DNA of 64,000 nt, from positions 160,785 to 224,784 of the forward strand of contig DOEE01000003.1 of the NCBI GenBank assembly GCA_003524095.1. The letters are read 5' to 3'. Below are positions 28,014 to 38,605 of the stretch, piece by piece. Position 1 is the first letter of the stretch, and each line of letters opens with the position of its first letter. The notes below the pieces were generated by a model, which was not told the DNA's origin, did not search any database, and worked only from the letters and a program-made list of their open reading frames with translations. The position numbers were made by a program, and so were the translations under genes. Source of the stretch: Clostridiales bacterium (lineage in GTDB: Bacteria > Bacillota > Clostridia > Christensenellales > UBA1242).

Positions 28014-29531
28014 ATGGTGTTTGAGCCAAATTTTACAAAGGTTGTCAGTAGTGTAAGAAAAAATCTAGGCATTACTCAATCAGTAATTGAATTAAAACTA
28101 CCAACAAATGAAGATGTAATTGACGCTGTTTATTCCGTAAGTGCCAAGTCAACTATTAAATCTAGCGAAGTTGCGGGAAACGAAATTAACTTTGTAGGAC
28201 TTGTGGATTTTCAAGCGATGTTTGAAAGTTTGGGGATTTCTGCGCTAGACTATAGTGCTGAATTCAAAGATAAATACTCGTCAGATACGGAAATCTTGGG
28301 CGAAGTTGTTTTGTCTTCAAATGTTGTTGATGTTAGCAGTGCAATTGTGTCGGGTGGAATTAAAGTTGTTGCAATTGTGGAAGTTACAATTGACCAAATC
28401 GAAAGCAAAGACATCAGTGTCTTAACAAAGGTTAATTCGGACGATGTTTATTTGTCAACAAAACAAATTGAATTTAGTTCATACTTGGGAATGGCTTATG
28501 AAAAATTTGATTTAACTCAAGAGTTCCAAGTAAGCGATGCCAAAAAAGTTCTTATGGTTACACCTAGCGCTTGTGTAACAACTGTTACTCCAAAAGATAG
28601 TTTTGTAAACGTGTCGGGTATTTTGAATGTCGATGTTTGTTACCAAATGGGTGATAACAATAGTGACATTAAATCCGATTTTCATTCGTTTGACTTTAGT
28701 TGGGATGTCGCACTTGCTGGAATTACTGACATGTCATATATCCAAAGCCAACTATCCATTGTATTTAATGAAATCAAAGTATCCACAATGCTTGAAGACG
28801 ACGGAGCGATTATTAACTTGTATGTTCCACTTGTTTATACCGGATATGTATTTAATAAAACCACACTAGATGTAGTTGACGATATATATTCCAAATCAAA
28901 TTATATGTCAATTACGACCGAAAACTTTGAAACCCTAGTCGGTAGTCCTTCCGTTCAATTTAAAGATAGTATAAGCGGTGTGGCAAGTATTAATGAGACA
29001 TCTCCGTTTATTGATGAAATATTAGGGGTGTGTACTAATAATATTGTGCTTGCAAGTAGCAGAGTTGAAAATGGAAAACTTGCAATCGAAGGTGTTGCTA
29101 ATGCTACAGTCGTGTATTACACAAAGGAAACAAATGGAATAACTTCTGTTCAAGTAGAGATGCCATTCTCAGTTGAAGAAAAAGTTGAAGGACTAAATTC
29201 CAGTGTTGTAACTCTATGCTTGTCTGATGTTTGTGCTAGAAGCAAACGTGGCAAAGAAATTGAAGTGTCGGGCAATCTTAGTGTGTATAGTGACATGTAC
29301 GGCGACAATGAAATTGGAGTTGTATCAGGTGTTGTTTTGGGCGAAGAAAAACCACATGACGACTGTGTTTTGTATATCTACATAGTTAAACCTAATCAAA
29401 CTATTTGGGACGTTGCAAAAGAGATGAGTGTCAGTGTTGATTTGATACTTAGCCAAAATCCAGATGTTAACTTGCCACTTGTTGGTGGAGAAAAATTAGT
29501 TATTTATAATCCAAATATTTTGAATATGTGA
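28014..29531 (+). CDS. DUF3794/SPOCS-type repeat protein with C-terminal LysM domain (spore-coat-assembly-like)
   Basis: 505 aa. Repetitive beta-rich body. C-terminal LysM-like YIVKPNQTIWDVAKEMSVSVDLILSQNP...GEKLVIY. Confidence 0.65.
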   Translation: MVFEPNFTKVVSSVRKNLGITQSVIELKLPTNEDVIDAVYSVSAKSTIKSSEVAGNEINFVGLVDFQAMFESLGISALDYSAEFKDKYSSDTEILGEVVLSSNVVDVSSAIVSGGIKVVAIVEVTIDQIESKDISVLTKVNSDDVYLSTKQIEFSSYLGMAYEKFDLTQEFQVSDAKKVLMVTPSACVTTVTPKDSFVNVSGILNVDVCYQMGDNNSDIKSDFHSFDFSWDVALAGITDMSYIQSQLSIVFNEIKVSTMLEDDGAIINLYVPLVYTGYVFNKTTLDVVDDIYSKSNYMSITTENFETLVGSPSVQFKDSISGVASINETSPFIDEILGVCTNNIVLASSRVENGKLAIEGVANATVVYYTKETNGITSVQVEMPFSVEEKVEGLNSSVVTLCLSDVCARSKRGKEIEVSGNLSVYSDMYGDNEIGVVSGVVLGEEKPHDDCVLYIYIVKPNQTIWDVAKEMSVSVDLILSQNPDVNLPLVGGEKLVIYNPNILNM

Positions 29532-29557
29532 CAAAAAGACTCTCTGGTTTTTATATT

Positions 29558-29593
29558 AGATTAAGCAAATTTTGATTTGCTTAATCTTTTTTT
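29558..29593 (+). terminator. Rho-independent terminator
   Basis: 12-bp stem agattaagcaaa/tttgcttaatct plus T-run. Confidence 0.8.
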
Positions 29594-29752
29594 ATGTATA
29601 CAATATATTGACAAAATTATTATAACAATTGACACAAAGTATATATTAAATGTCAATATCTATAATAATTCATATTTTGACAAACTTGTACATATTTCGA
29701 TTGTTTATATCTACAAAACAGGTCAACCATTACTACATGAAAAGGAGTGATT

Positions 29753-30277
29753 ATGAAAAAATTTTTAATTTTTCTTATGATTTTGTTTTGTGTAATGCCC
29801 TTGATGGGATGTAGCAAAGACGACACAAGCTCTCAAGTAATTAGGATACATATAAGAGCAAATTCTAATAGTAATGTAGACCAAGATATCAAACTTGTTG
29901 TTAGAGATGAGATTCTCAAGTATGTAACTCCGCTTATTGCTAAATGCAAAGACTCAAGCGATGTCAAAAATGTGCTTACAAACAACGCTTTGAAAATAGA
30001 CAAAATTGCAAACTCTGTTCTTGAACAAAACGGATTTGATTACACAGCAAAGTCCAAAATTACAAACGAGTATTTTCCAAGTCGTAGTTATAATGGCAAA
30101 ATTTTTAAAGCCGATTATTATGATGCGTTGATAGTCAATCTTGGAACGGGGTCGGGAAATAATTGGTGGTGTGTGGCATATCCACCACTATGTTTCGTAG
30201 GAGAAGACAATGGAACAAATAATGTTTGTTACAAAAGCAAACTATATGAACTTATAAACAATTTTTTTGGGAGATGA
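29753..30277 (+). CDS. spoIIR: stage II sporulation protein R
   Basis: AAGGAG RBS, signal/lipobox-like N-terminus (LMGCS), VIRIHIRANSNSNVDQDIKLVVRDEIL signature. Confidence 0.85.
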   Translation: MKKFLIFLMILFCVMPLMGCSKDDTSSQVIRIHIRANSNSNVDQDIKLVVRDEILKYVTPLIAKCKDSSDVKNVLTNNALKIDKIANSVLEQNGFDYTAKSKITNEYFPSRSYNGKIFKADYYDALIVNLGTGSGNNWWCVAYPPLCFVGEDNGTNNVCYKSKLYELINNFFGR

Positions 30278-30278
30278 T

Positions 30279-30920
30279 ATGAAAAAAATATTTGGCTCAA
30301 TAATATGCATGTGTATAATGACAGTTACTTTTTTTGCATGTTTTTTTGGTATTAAAAAAATGGAAGTCAAATCCTATGATACTCATATGTATGAAATTCA
30401 ATCGAGACTAAAAGATTTGGGATATTATAATGGTGCAATCAATGGTGTTTACGACGATGCAACAGTTGTTGCAATCAAAAAATTCCAAGAGGATAATGGA
30501 ATATATGTAAGCGGTGCTGTGGGTGGAGTTACTGCCAATGCGCTTGGCATTAATATGTCTGAACAGGAAAGTTATGACCTATATTTGCTTGCAAAGTGCA
30601 TTCATGCCGAAGCACGAGGCGAGCCGTATATAGGAAAGGTTGCAGTGGGTGCTGTTATTTTAAATAGAGTTGCTAGTCCAGATTTTCCAAATTCGATTTA
30701 TGGAGTAATTTATCAGCCATGGGCATTTACTGCAGTTCACGATGGTCAAATAGATTTGGACCCAGATGCTCCTAGTTATCAAGCTGCCACTGATGCATTG
30801 AATGGTTGGGATCCGACATATGGTTGTTTGTATTATTATAATCCTTCAACCGCCAGTAGTAGTTGGATTTTTAATAGGCAAACAGTTGTAACTTATGGTG
30901 ACCATATTTTTGCAATATAG
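30279..30920 (+). CDS. sleB: spore cortex-lytic enzyme SleB-like (PG_binding_1 plus Hydrolase_2)
   Basis: LKDLGYYNGAINGVYDDATVVAIKKFQ and HAEARGEPYIGKVAVGAVILNRV...WAFTAV motifs. Followed by ypeB. Confidence 0.85.
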   Translation: MKKIFGSIICMCIMTVTFFACFFGIKKMEVKSYDTHMYEIQSRLKDLGYYNGAINGVYDDATVVAIKKFQEDNGIYVSGAVGGVTANALGINMSEQESYDLYLLAKCIHAEARGEPYIGKVAVGAVILNRVASPDFPNSIYGVIYQPWAFTAVHDGQIDLDPDAPSYQAATDALNGWDPTYGCLYYYNPSTASSSWIFNRQTVVTYGDHIFAI

Positions 30921-30928
30921 GAGATGAT

Positions 30929-32245
30929 ATGAAAAAAAATAATAATAACTGGCTATATTTAATTATTTCTATTTTGGGAGCATCAACCATAATATTTTTG
31001 TGCTTGTTCCTAAGTTTTCAAAATACATCTAAGTCCTACAAACAGACTTTGGAGAATAATTACAAAAAGAATTTTTATGAAGTAGCATCTAACATAAATG
31101 ATTTGGAAGTTGATATTAGCAAAGTCATTGCAACCAAGGATGTAGGCACGCTAAATACATTGCTTAGTGGGCTTCATTCTAATGTTATTCTAACCTTGTC
31201 AAATGTTAACCAATTGCCAATAACATATGACAAATTGACAAATATTAATATGTTACTTAACAAAACTGGTGGTTTTGTTCAAAGTCTACTTGATAGAATT
31301 TTTGACGGTCAAACATTAAATAATGATGATTACTTGTCTCTTAGCAGTATTCATTCTAGTCTAATTTCACTTAAATATGATTTAAATAACTATTACAAAA
31401 ATATTAAGACGGATTTTGAAATATTATCAAATGCTGATGGCAAAGGTGTGAGTGATTTTAGTTCTAGTCTTATGTCTACCGAGAGTGCTAATTCCAAAGT
31501 TCCTTCGCTTATTTATGATGGTCCTTTTTCGGAGAGTGTTCTAAGTAGAGAGATTGTTGGTCTTGCCGATTTTGAGATAAGTAATGCCGAAGCGATGGAA
31601 ATTGTCAAAAAAATATTTGATGTTCAAAGTGCCAAATTTCTAGGACTTATCAAAGGCAAATTTGAAACATATAATTTTCACTTAGATATCCAAAATGGAC
31701 TTGATGTAATGATTACAAAGAAAGGCGGTCTACTACTCACAATAACATCATATGGTTCAAATGGTGAAAACACAATTTCGTCTACTGAAGGTATTGCGAT
31801 TGCCGAAAATTTTGCTAGGCGAGTTGGAATAAACAATATGTATTCGGTATGGAATCAGGTTTGTGGAAATGTCGAATATGTTAATCTAGCACCGATTGTA
31901 AATTCATGTATTTATTATAGTGACTTAATCAAAGTCAAAGTTGATTTGGTGTCGGGAACGGTTATTGGTTGGGAAGCGACAAATTATGCAACAAACAACA
32001 AAACCAGAAGTTTTTCAAATTCAATATCTTTTGCCGAAGCTAGTCAAAAAATAAGTTCTGTTTTAAAGATTCAAGAAAGAAATTATACAATCATTCCAGA
32101 CAAGTACGTAGGCGAACTTTCGGCATATGAATTTATTTGTACTTGGAAGAATTATACCTACTATATTTATATAGATAGTAACACTGGTGCAGAAGTCAAT
32201 ATTTTGAGAATTATTGATACAAACAATGGAGAACTACTAGAGTAA
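30929..32245 (+). CDS. ypeB: germination protein YpeB
   Basis: AGGAGA RBS, N-terminal TM, 438 aa. Canonical sleB-ypeB pairing. Confidence 0.75.
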   Translation: MKKNNNNWLYLIISILGASTIIFLCLFLSFQNTSKSYKQTLENNYKKNFYEVASNINDLEVDISKVIATKDVGTLNTLLSGLHSNVILTLSNVNQLPITYDKLTNINMLLNKTGGFVQSLLDRIFDGQTLNNDDYLSLSSIHSSLISLKYDLNNYYKNIKTDFEILSNADGKGVSDFSSSLMSTESANSKVPSLIYDGPFSESVLSREIVGLADFEISNAEAMEIVKKIFDVQSAKFLGLIKGKFETYNFHLDIQNGLDVMITKKGGLLLTITSYGSNGENTISSTEGIAIAENFARRVGINNMYSVWNQVCGNVEYVNLAPIVNSCIYYSDLIKVKVDLVSGTVIGWEATNYATNNKTRSFSNSISFAEASQKISSVLKIQERNYTIIPDKYVGELSAYEFICTWKNYTYYIYIDSNTGAEVNILRIIDTNNGELLE

Positions 32246-32285
32246 AAAAGTCCCAGCCTTATAATTAGGCTGGGATAATCTTTTT
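32245..32285. terminator. bidirectional terminator between ypeB and pyk
   Basis: Stem tcccagcc/ggctggga flanked by A- and T-runs. Confidence 0.75.
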
Positions 32286-33681
32286 AGTCAATTAAACAAA
32301 TTTTCATAACGTTGCTGAGTGTGTCTGTTGTTCCAGTTGTTACAATTATTGTATCTCCCGGTTTTGCTAATTTTTCATTTTTTGCAATAACACAAGCAAG
32401 TTCAAAAATATCTGTGTTTGAAATCTTTGAATATATTGGAAGTACATTCCATTCCAAGCTTAGATAGTTGTATGTTTGTTCGTTATCTGTAATTGCAATG
32501 ATAGGACAGTCGGGTTTGTATCTTGCTATCATGCTTGCGGTTTTTCCAGTGTTTGTATAAAGCACAATTGCTTTTGCATTGAGTTTGAAAGCACAGTTTG
32601 TTGCACTATGACCAAGCACATCGGTTAGGTCATAGGTATCAAATTCATTTTGGAAGAACATCTTTTTGAAATCAATATCTTTTTCGGCTTGGATACAAAT
32701 TTCAGACATGAATCTAACCGCTCTATCTGGGTAATGCCCAACAGCAGTTTCTGCACTTAGCATAACAGCACTCGCTCCGTTATAAACCGCATTTGCAACA
32801 TCGACAGTTTCGGCACGTGTTGGTCTAGGATTATTTATCATGCTTTCAAGCATCTCGGTAGCAACGATTACAGTTTTTCCGCTATACACTGCATCTTTGA
32901 TTAAATCCATCTGAATTTTTGGAAGTTTGGTTTGGGCAATCTCTACTCCCAAATCACCTCTAGCAACCATTATGCCATCGGCAACACTCAAAATGTCACG
33001 AATATTTTTGATGCCCTGAGTGCTTTCGATTTTTGCAATAATCTTGCAATTATAATTACAATCTTTAATTAGTTTTCTAAGTTCAAGAATGTCATCTTTT
33101 GTGTTGACAAAACTTGCAGAAATCATATCGCATCCACAATTAAACGCAATTTTCAAATCCTCTTTGTCTTTGGCACTGATGTATGGAAGGTTCAAAGGCA
33201 CTTTGCCAAAACTCAATCCCTTGTTGTCGCTAAGGATTCCACTAGACAAAATTTTGCAAACTACTTCAAATCCTTTGTTTTCAACTACTCCAAGTTTAAT
33301 TAACCCGTCATTAGCAAGAATTATATCGCCTTTTTTGAGATTCTTTAGACATCTTGGTTCAGAAACAGCGACACCATTGTTGTCTCCAATTTTGGCATAA
33401 CCATAGAGAGTAAAGGTTTTTCCTTTTTTGAGTATTCCGCTTCCGCCTTCAAAGGTTCTGACTCTAATTTCAGGACCTCTGGTGTCTGCCATTATTGCCA
33501 CTGGAACTTTGAGTTCTTCTCTAACGCTTTTTATCAAATTAATTGTGTTTTCGTGGTCTTCGGAACTTCCATGGCTAAAGTTTACTCTTAGTACATTTGC
33601 ACCACTTAATATCAAATTTTTGATGCTTTTTGGATTGTTTGTTGCAGGTCCTATGGTTGCAACTATTTTTGTTTTTCTCAT
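32284..33681 (-). CDS. pyk: pyruvate kinase
   Basis: RKTKIVATIGP, NFSHG, MVARGDLGVEI motifs. GGAG RBS favours the ATG at 33681. Confidence 0.9.
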   Translation of the reverse strand: MRKTKIVATIGPATNNPKSIKNLILSGANVLRVNFSHGSSEDHENTINLIKSVREELKVPVAIMADTRGPEIRVRTFEGGSGILKKGKTFTLYGYAKIGDNNGVAVSEPRCLKNLKKGDIILANDGLIKLGVVENKGFEVVCKILSSGILSDNKGLSFGKVPLNLPYISAKDKEDLKIAFNCGCDMISASFVNTKDDILELRKLIKDCNYNCKIIAKIESTQGIKNIRDILSVADGIMVARGDLGVEIAQTKLPKIQMDLIKDAVYSGKTVIVATEMLESMINNPRPTRAETVDVANAVYNGASAVMLSAETAVGHYPDRAVRFMSEICIQAEKDIDFKKMFFQNEFDTYDLTDVLGHSATNCAFKLNAKAIVLYTNTGKTASMIARYKPDCPIIAITDNEQTYNYLSLEWNVLPIYSKISNTDIFELACVIAKNEKLAKPGDTIIVTTGTTDTLSNVMKICLID

Positions 33682-33862
33682 TTTCACTCCAGATTAGTTT
33701 CGTTTTCAAGTCTATTATATAATAATTTAAATAATTTCCAAATCAATTTTATATAAATTTTTTGTAAATGAAAAAATTATAACATAAACTTAATTGCTTA
33801 ATTTAACTTAGTGTGTTAAAATATTTTAGATTACAAAAGTATTGAAAAAAGGTTACAAAGAT

Positions 33863-34276
33863 ATGAATAATGGCACTATAGACAATTTAATTAAACTTAG
33901 AATATTTTTAGAATATCTCTGTGATGGGTTTTCAAAAAGTGACTTAAATAAGGATACTTTGCTTTCGACCAAAAACAAAATCCTTTTTGTCCTTGAAAAA
34001 AAAGACGCTACTCCAAGTGAACTTACTATGGCTCTTAGTATTGCCAAAAGTAATCTTGCTAATACTCTCAAATCTATGACAAACGAGAACTTGGTTATTA
34101 GTTACAAAAATTCAGATAGAGCCAAGTATGTTTATTATCAGATTACTGACAAAGGCAGACAAGTTCTCAAAGAATACAAGGACAAGGTTTTTGGAAATGT
34201 TATTTCAAGATGTCATAACATTGATGATGTAGCAGTTCAACTTGAAAAAATCATACAAATTATAAAAGGGGAATAA
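33863..34276 (+). CDS. MarR-family transcriptional regulator
   Basis: Winged-helix segment ATPSELTMALSIAKSNLANTLKSMTNENLV. Start uncertain (TTG 33842 or ATG 33863). Stops 2 nt before cysS. Confidence 0.7.
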   Translation: MNNGTIDNLIKLRIFLEYLCDGFSKSDLNKDTLLSTKNKILFVLEKKDATPSELTMALSIAKSNLANTLKSMTNENLVISYKNSDRAKYVYYQITDKGRQVLKEYKDKVFGNVISRCHNIDDVAVQLEKIIQIIKGE

Positions 34277-34278
34277 TT

Positions 34279-35661
34279 ATGATTAAACTATATAATTCGC
34301 TTACAAAAACTAATGAAGATTTGAAACCTATCAATGGCGATTTGGTCAAAATGTATTCTTGTGGCCCTACCGTGTATCTTAAACCACATATTGGAAATAT
34401 GCGTGCATATATTTTTATGGATACTTTGCGTAGAGTTATTAAGTATAATGGATACAAAATACTAGGCGTTATGAATATAACAGATGTGGGGCATTTGACT
34501 GATGACTCGGATAATGGCGACGACAAAATGGAAAAGTCAGCAAAACTTGAAAATAAGTCACCTTATCAAATAGCCAAGGAAAATACCGATGTATTTTTGA
34601 ATAATTTGAAAATGCTTAATGTTGATGTTCCAGAACATATAACCAAAGCCACCGAATATATCCCACAAATGATTGATTTTATCAAAAGACTTGAGGCCAA
34701 AGGCTATACATACATAATTGATGATGGTGTATATTTTGACGTTTCCAAGTTCAAAGATTATGGAAAACTTAGCAACAAAAACATGGACGAAATTGGTGTT
34801 GCAAGAGTAGAAGAAAACACTCAGAAAAAACACCCCTTTGACTTTGCACTATGGAAGTTTGTTCCCGAAAACCATATTATGAAATGGGATAGTCCATGGG
34901 GAGTAGGGTGTCCAGGTTGGCATATTGAGTGTTCGGCTATGGGCTATGATGTTCTTGGTGACCATTTTGATATTCACACTGGCGGTATTGACCATTTGTC
35001 TATTCATCATGAAAACGAAATTGCCCAAAGTAATTGTGCGTTTGGACACAAGGTAGTTGAAATTTGGATGCATAATGAATTTGTTATGGTTGATGGCGGA
35101 AAGATGGGCAAAAGCAAGGGTAATTGTTATACTCTTGACGAACTCAAAGAAAAAGGCTTTGAGCCTTTGGCATTTAAACTTTTCTGTTTGAATACAAATT
35201 ATGGAAAAACTATAAACTTTACTTTTGATGCAATTAAGTCTTCTCAAAGTTCTCTAAATACTCTTAGAAAATTGGTAAGCGAACATAAAAGTGGCAAAGC
35301 CAAAATTGATGTAGACAAATTAAATAAATACAAAAATGATTTTTTGAATGCAGTTAATGATAATTTAAACACACCTTTGGCTATTGGAATTATGTTTGGC
35401 ATGCTTAAAAACGAGCCAAAAAGTCAGGATATTTATAATCTTGCAATTGATTTTGATAGGGTATTTGGTTTGGAATTAGACAAAACTTTTGAAAAACAAA
35501 ACACCGTAGTTCCAAATGAAATTCAAGATTTGGCAAAAGCAAGATGGGAAGCAAAACAATCAAAAGACTGGGCAACAGCAGACAAACTAAGAGACGAAAT
35601 TTTAAACAAAGGTTATCAACTATTGGATACAAAAGATGGATACACAATCAAACAACTTTAA
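34279..35661 (+). CDS. cysS: cysteine--tRNA ligase
   Basis: CGPTVY...HIGN (HIGH), CPGWHIECS zinc site, KMGKS (KMSKS). Confidence 0.92.
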   Translation: MIKLYNSLTKTNEDLKPINGDLVKMYSCGPTVYLKPHIGNMRAYIFMDTLRRVIKYNGYKILGVMNITDVGHLTDDSDNGDDKMEKSAKLENKSPYQIAKENTDVFLNNLKMLNVDVPEHITKATEYIPQMIDFIKRLEAKGYTYIIDDGVYFDVSKFKDYGKLSNKNMDEIGVARVEENTQKKHPFDFALWKFVPENHIMKWDSPWGVGCPGWHIECSAMGYDVLGDHFDIHTGGIDHLSIHHENEIAQSNCAFGHKVVEIWMHNEFVMVDGGKMGKSKGNCYTLDELKEKGFEPLAFKLFCLNTNYGKTINFTFDAIKSSQSSLNTLRKLVSEHKSGKAKIDVDKLNKYKNDFLNAVNDNLNTPLAIGIMFGMLKNEPKSQDIYNLAIDFDRVFGLELDKTFEKQNTVVPNEIQDLAKARWEAKQSKDWATADKLRDEILNKGYQLLDTKDGYTIKQL

Positions 35662-36256
35662 ACATTATTTTGTAAGTGCAAACCACCTAGAAAGCGACTA
35701 CTTTAATTTTGAATTTACATTTCAAAATGAAATTTTCAAATTTACTAGTTGTAATGATGTTTTTTCAAAAAATGAAATAGACTACGGAAGCAAAGTGTTA
35801 ATCAAAACCATACTAAAAGACAAACAAAAATACTTTGGTCATGGGTTAGATATCGCTTGTGGCTATGGAGCAATTGGAGTAATTTTAAGTAGGTTTTTGG
35901 ATGCTGAATTTGATATGTGTGATATAAATTCGCTTGCTATCAAACTTTGTAAAATCAATGCCAAACAAAACAATTCCAGAGTAAAAAATATTTTTGAAAG
36001 TGACATGTGGCAAAATGTTCAAGATTCATATGAGTTTATAGTTTCAAATCCGCCTATTAAGGTTGGAAAAAAAGTTCTTATGGATTTTTTAAATAATGCA
36101 AAAGAACATCTAAATCCAAATGGAACACTAACAATCGTAATTAAGAAAAATTTAGGCGCAGATTCTACAAAAAAATATTTGACAGAAATATTTGGAAATT
36201 GTGAAGTTTTAAATAGAGATAAGGGCTATTATATTTTGCAATCAATAAATAAATAA
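35636..36256 (+). CDS. class I SAM-dependent methyltransferase (RsmC/RlmG small-domain-like)
   Basis: LDIACGYGAIG motif I and VSNPPI motif IV. Overlaps the cysS end by 26 nt. Confidence 0.7.
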   Translation: MDTQSNNFKHYFVSANHLESDYFNFEFTFQNEIFKFTSCNDVFSKNEIDYGSKVLIKTILKDKQKYFGHGLDIACGYGAIGVILSRFLDAEFDMCDINSLAIKLCKINAKQNNSRVKNIFESDMWQNVQDSYEFIVSNPPIKVGKKVLMDFLNNAKEHLNPNGTLTIVIKKNLGADSTKKYLTEIFGNCEVLNRDKGYYILQSINK

Positions 36257-36286
36257 GTCAAAAATACAAATGAAAAGGGGAAAACT

Positions 36287-38557
36287 ATGAAAAAAAAATA
36301 TCAAATATTTTCGTTTTTTTGCATGTGCATATTGCTACTGATTTGCACACTTATGCTTAGTAGTTGTTGTACCCCTAGAGAAATTAAAGTCTATGTTAAG
36401 TTTAAAAATGCAGATCCTAGATTGCAACTTTATGATTATGATTTTAAGTGCGATTTTGGTTCATCTGCCAATATTACTTTTGATGTTCCAAAGGGCTATG
36501 ACCACACAAAATTAAAAGGAACTGCCGAAGGATACAATATAAATTATTATGTTAGTGCAGTCGAAGAAACAGATAATCCAGATTACAAAAAATTCAAGGA
36601 TAGTCAAGATTATTGGTTTGTGCTAGACAAAACAGTGACTTTTAAAATTGAAGTGGTTAAACGAAGTTGTACAGCCATTATAGATTTGAGTGACATGACC
36701 AAAAATACATACAATATAAACTTGGAAAAAGGCATGGAAGGCTTTCAAGTTTTGATTGTATCAAAAGACAAAACTGACACACTTATCAAACTTGGCTCCA
36801 AAGACGTCTTAGAAACAATAGATTTTGTTAATAATTCGGCAGAAGTTGAATACGGGAAATATGTAATCCTTGTTCATAATACTAATGTAGCCAAAAGGTC
36901 TTATAATGCACTTTATTCAGATATTAGTGATAGAGACTTTGTTATGGACAAAAATATTGGCAACATAGGCACTCTCAGATTTGGGAAATACCCAGTAGCC
37001 AAAAAAGGCAATACTTATTACAATTATAATTATAACTCCCAACTTCAATTATTTTACTTGGGAGAAATCAAAGAGAATATAAATTTGCAAGCAAGCATTC
37101 CAAACTTTGAAAAAGAAAAGGGGTTTGAAATAGAACGAAAACCAAACATATTCTATTTATTTACAAATTTGTCACAGTACAATTCAGATATACTAACAAT
37201 GGAAGCATATAGTTCAGTTGTGAATTATAGCGGAAATTTGGACACTATTGAAGGAAACACAGTTCAAAAAATTGAGTCAAATGAAATATATAACGATAGA
37301 TACGATGTGTACAAAATTTATTTAGGCAAAGATTTGGATAATGACCCGCTTTTGGAGTCGGCAGACAAGGCAGAGTTGAATAAAGATTTGTATTTTGAAA
37401 TTTCTTCGATTGCACAGGAAACTATTCCATCGCATATAGATAGAAATGACCCAAAAATGGGGGCCGAATGTTTTAACTATTATTTATTGTTTTTTGAAAA
37501 ACAAAAACCATCTGAGGGGTATAGAATTCCACTAAGTGAAATTTCGTCAGCGAATGGAAAAAGATACATAAAACTTTCATACGAAACTCTACTTAAATTC
37601 TGTCAAAATCGGGATATGGTGCGTGGACAAACAGTCTATGAGTATCTAACTGGTAGTGCAATTTTGTATCCAGAACTAGATTATACTGTTTTTCAAAATG
37701 ATAGATTATCTAGCAAATTTATGTATACAAGAGTATGGCTAACAATAGATATTTTAAGCAATACGATTGGTGCTACTAGCAGGGATTTTCACTTTAATTT
37801 GTATCTCAAAAATGAGTCTACCATTAAGTATGGAGTGGTAGATTATCACAATAGTTCTAGAGATTGTATTTATTTTTTAACTAGCGATTTGTTTGATGGT
37901 GATAAGTACAAAAACACACTCTATGCTGAGATAAGGGGAAAAGAATACAAGGATTTTAGAACGATGCCGGTCAGGGGTGCAACTTTTGTTTTGGGTTTCG
38001 GGACATATCTAAATATGGAACCTATCAAAGTTAAAGATTTCAAAAATTATAATGGTGTCAAGGATTTTCCAATTAATCTCAAAACGCGTGAAACTTTGGA
38101 CGAATATTCTTTGACGGTTAAAATTAATATTGAAGACAAATTAAGGGAACTTACTCCACTAGATTTTAGTTATCTTAGTCTACCTGCATCCATAAGTAAT
38201 GCGGTTTATTTGAGTGAGAAAAGCGAGTTTAGTCAGTTTAAAGAATTTATTCCAGTTACTTCTGCCAACAAAGAAACATTCAAAGAAAACAAATTAATCA
38301 AATTTAGTTCTGGTCAGGACTTGTACTACTTTGTTAGAATAGACGGGGATTATCATAATGATTTCGATATAGAAATGCGTTTAGACCCAAATGATTCAAC
38401 TACATGTATCTCCAAATCCCAAGATTTATACGATATAACTGGTGAAAAAAGATTTATAACCATAAATGACAATACTTATTACATCAAAGTTATCAGTCAA
38501 GACGACATTTATTCGCTTTTGACAAATTATATCTATGTAGTCCAAGCGGGCAGTTAA
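36287..38557 (+). CDS. large hypothetical lipoprotein (756 aa)
   Basis: GGGGAAA RBS. Signal peptide with lipobox-like LMLSSCC. No recognisable catalytic motif. Confidence 0.6.
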   Translation: MKKKYQIFSFFCMCILLLICTLMLSSCCTPREIKVYVKFKNADPRLQLYDYDFKCDFGSSANITFDVPKGYDHTKLKGTAEGYNINYYVSAVEETDNPDYKKFKDSQDYWFVLDKTVTFKIEVVKRSCTAIIDLSDMTKNTYNINLEKGMEGFQVLIVSKDKTDTLIKLGSKDVLETIDFVNNSAEVEYGKYVILVHNTNVAKRSYNALYSDISDRDFVMDKNIGNIGTLRFGKYPVAKKGNTYYNYNYNSQLQLFYLGEIKENINLQASIPNFEKEKGFEIERKPNIFYLFTNLSQYNSDILTMEAYSSVVNYSGNLDTIEGNTVQKIESNEIYNDRYDVYKIYLGKDLDNDPLLESADKAELNKDLYFEISSIAQETIPSHIDRNDPKMGAECFNYYLLFFEKQKPSEGYRIPLSEISSANGKRYIKLSYETLLKFCQNRDMVRGQTVYEYLTGSAILYPELDYTVFQNDRLSSKFMYTRVWLTIDILSNTIGATSRDFHFNLYLKNESTIKYGVVDYHNSSRDCIYFLTSDLFDGDKYKNTLYAEIRGKEYKDFRTMPVRGATFVLGFGTYLNMEPIKVKDFKNYNGVKDFPINLKTRETLDEYSLTVKINIEDKLRELTPLDFSYLSLPASISNAVYLSEKSEFSQFKEFIPVTSANKETFKENKLIKFSSGQDLYYFVRIDGDYHNDFDIEMRLDPNDSTTCISKSQDLYDITGEKRFITINDNTYYIKVISQDDIYSLLTNYIYVVQAGS

Positions 38558-38604
38558 AAAAAATCTCTTAAATTCAACTTTGTGTTGGTTTAAGAGATTT
38601 TTTG
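38556..38604. terminator. bidirectional terminator
   Basis: 12-bp stem aaatctcttaaa/tttaagagattt with flanking A/T runs. Confidence 0.7.
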
Positions 38605-38605
38605 T

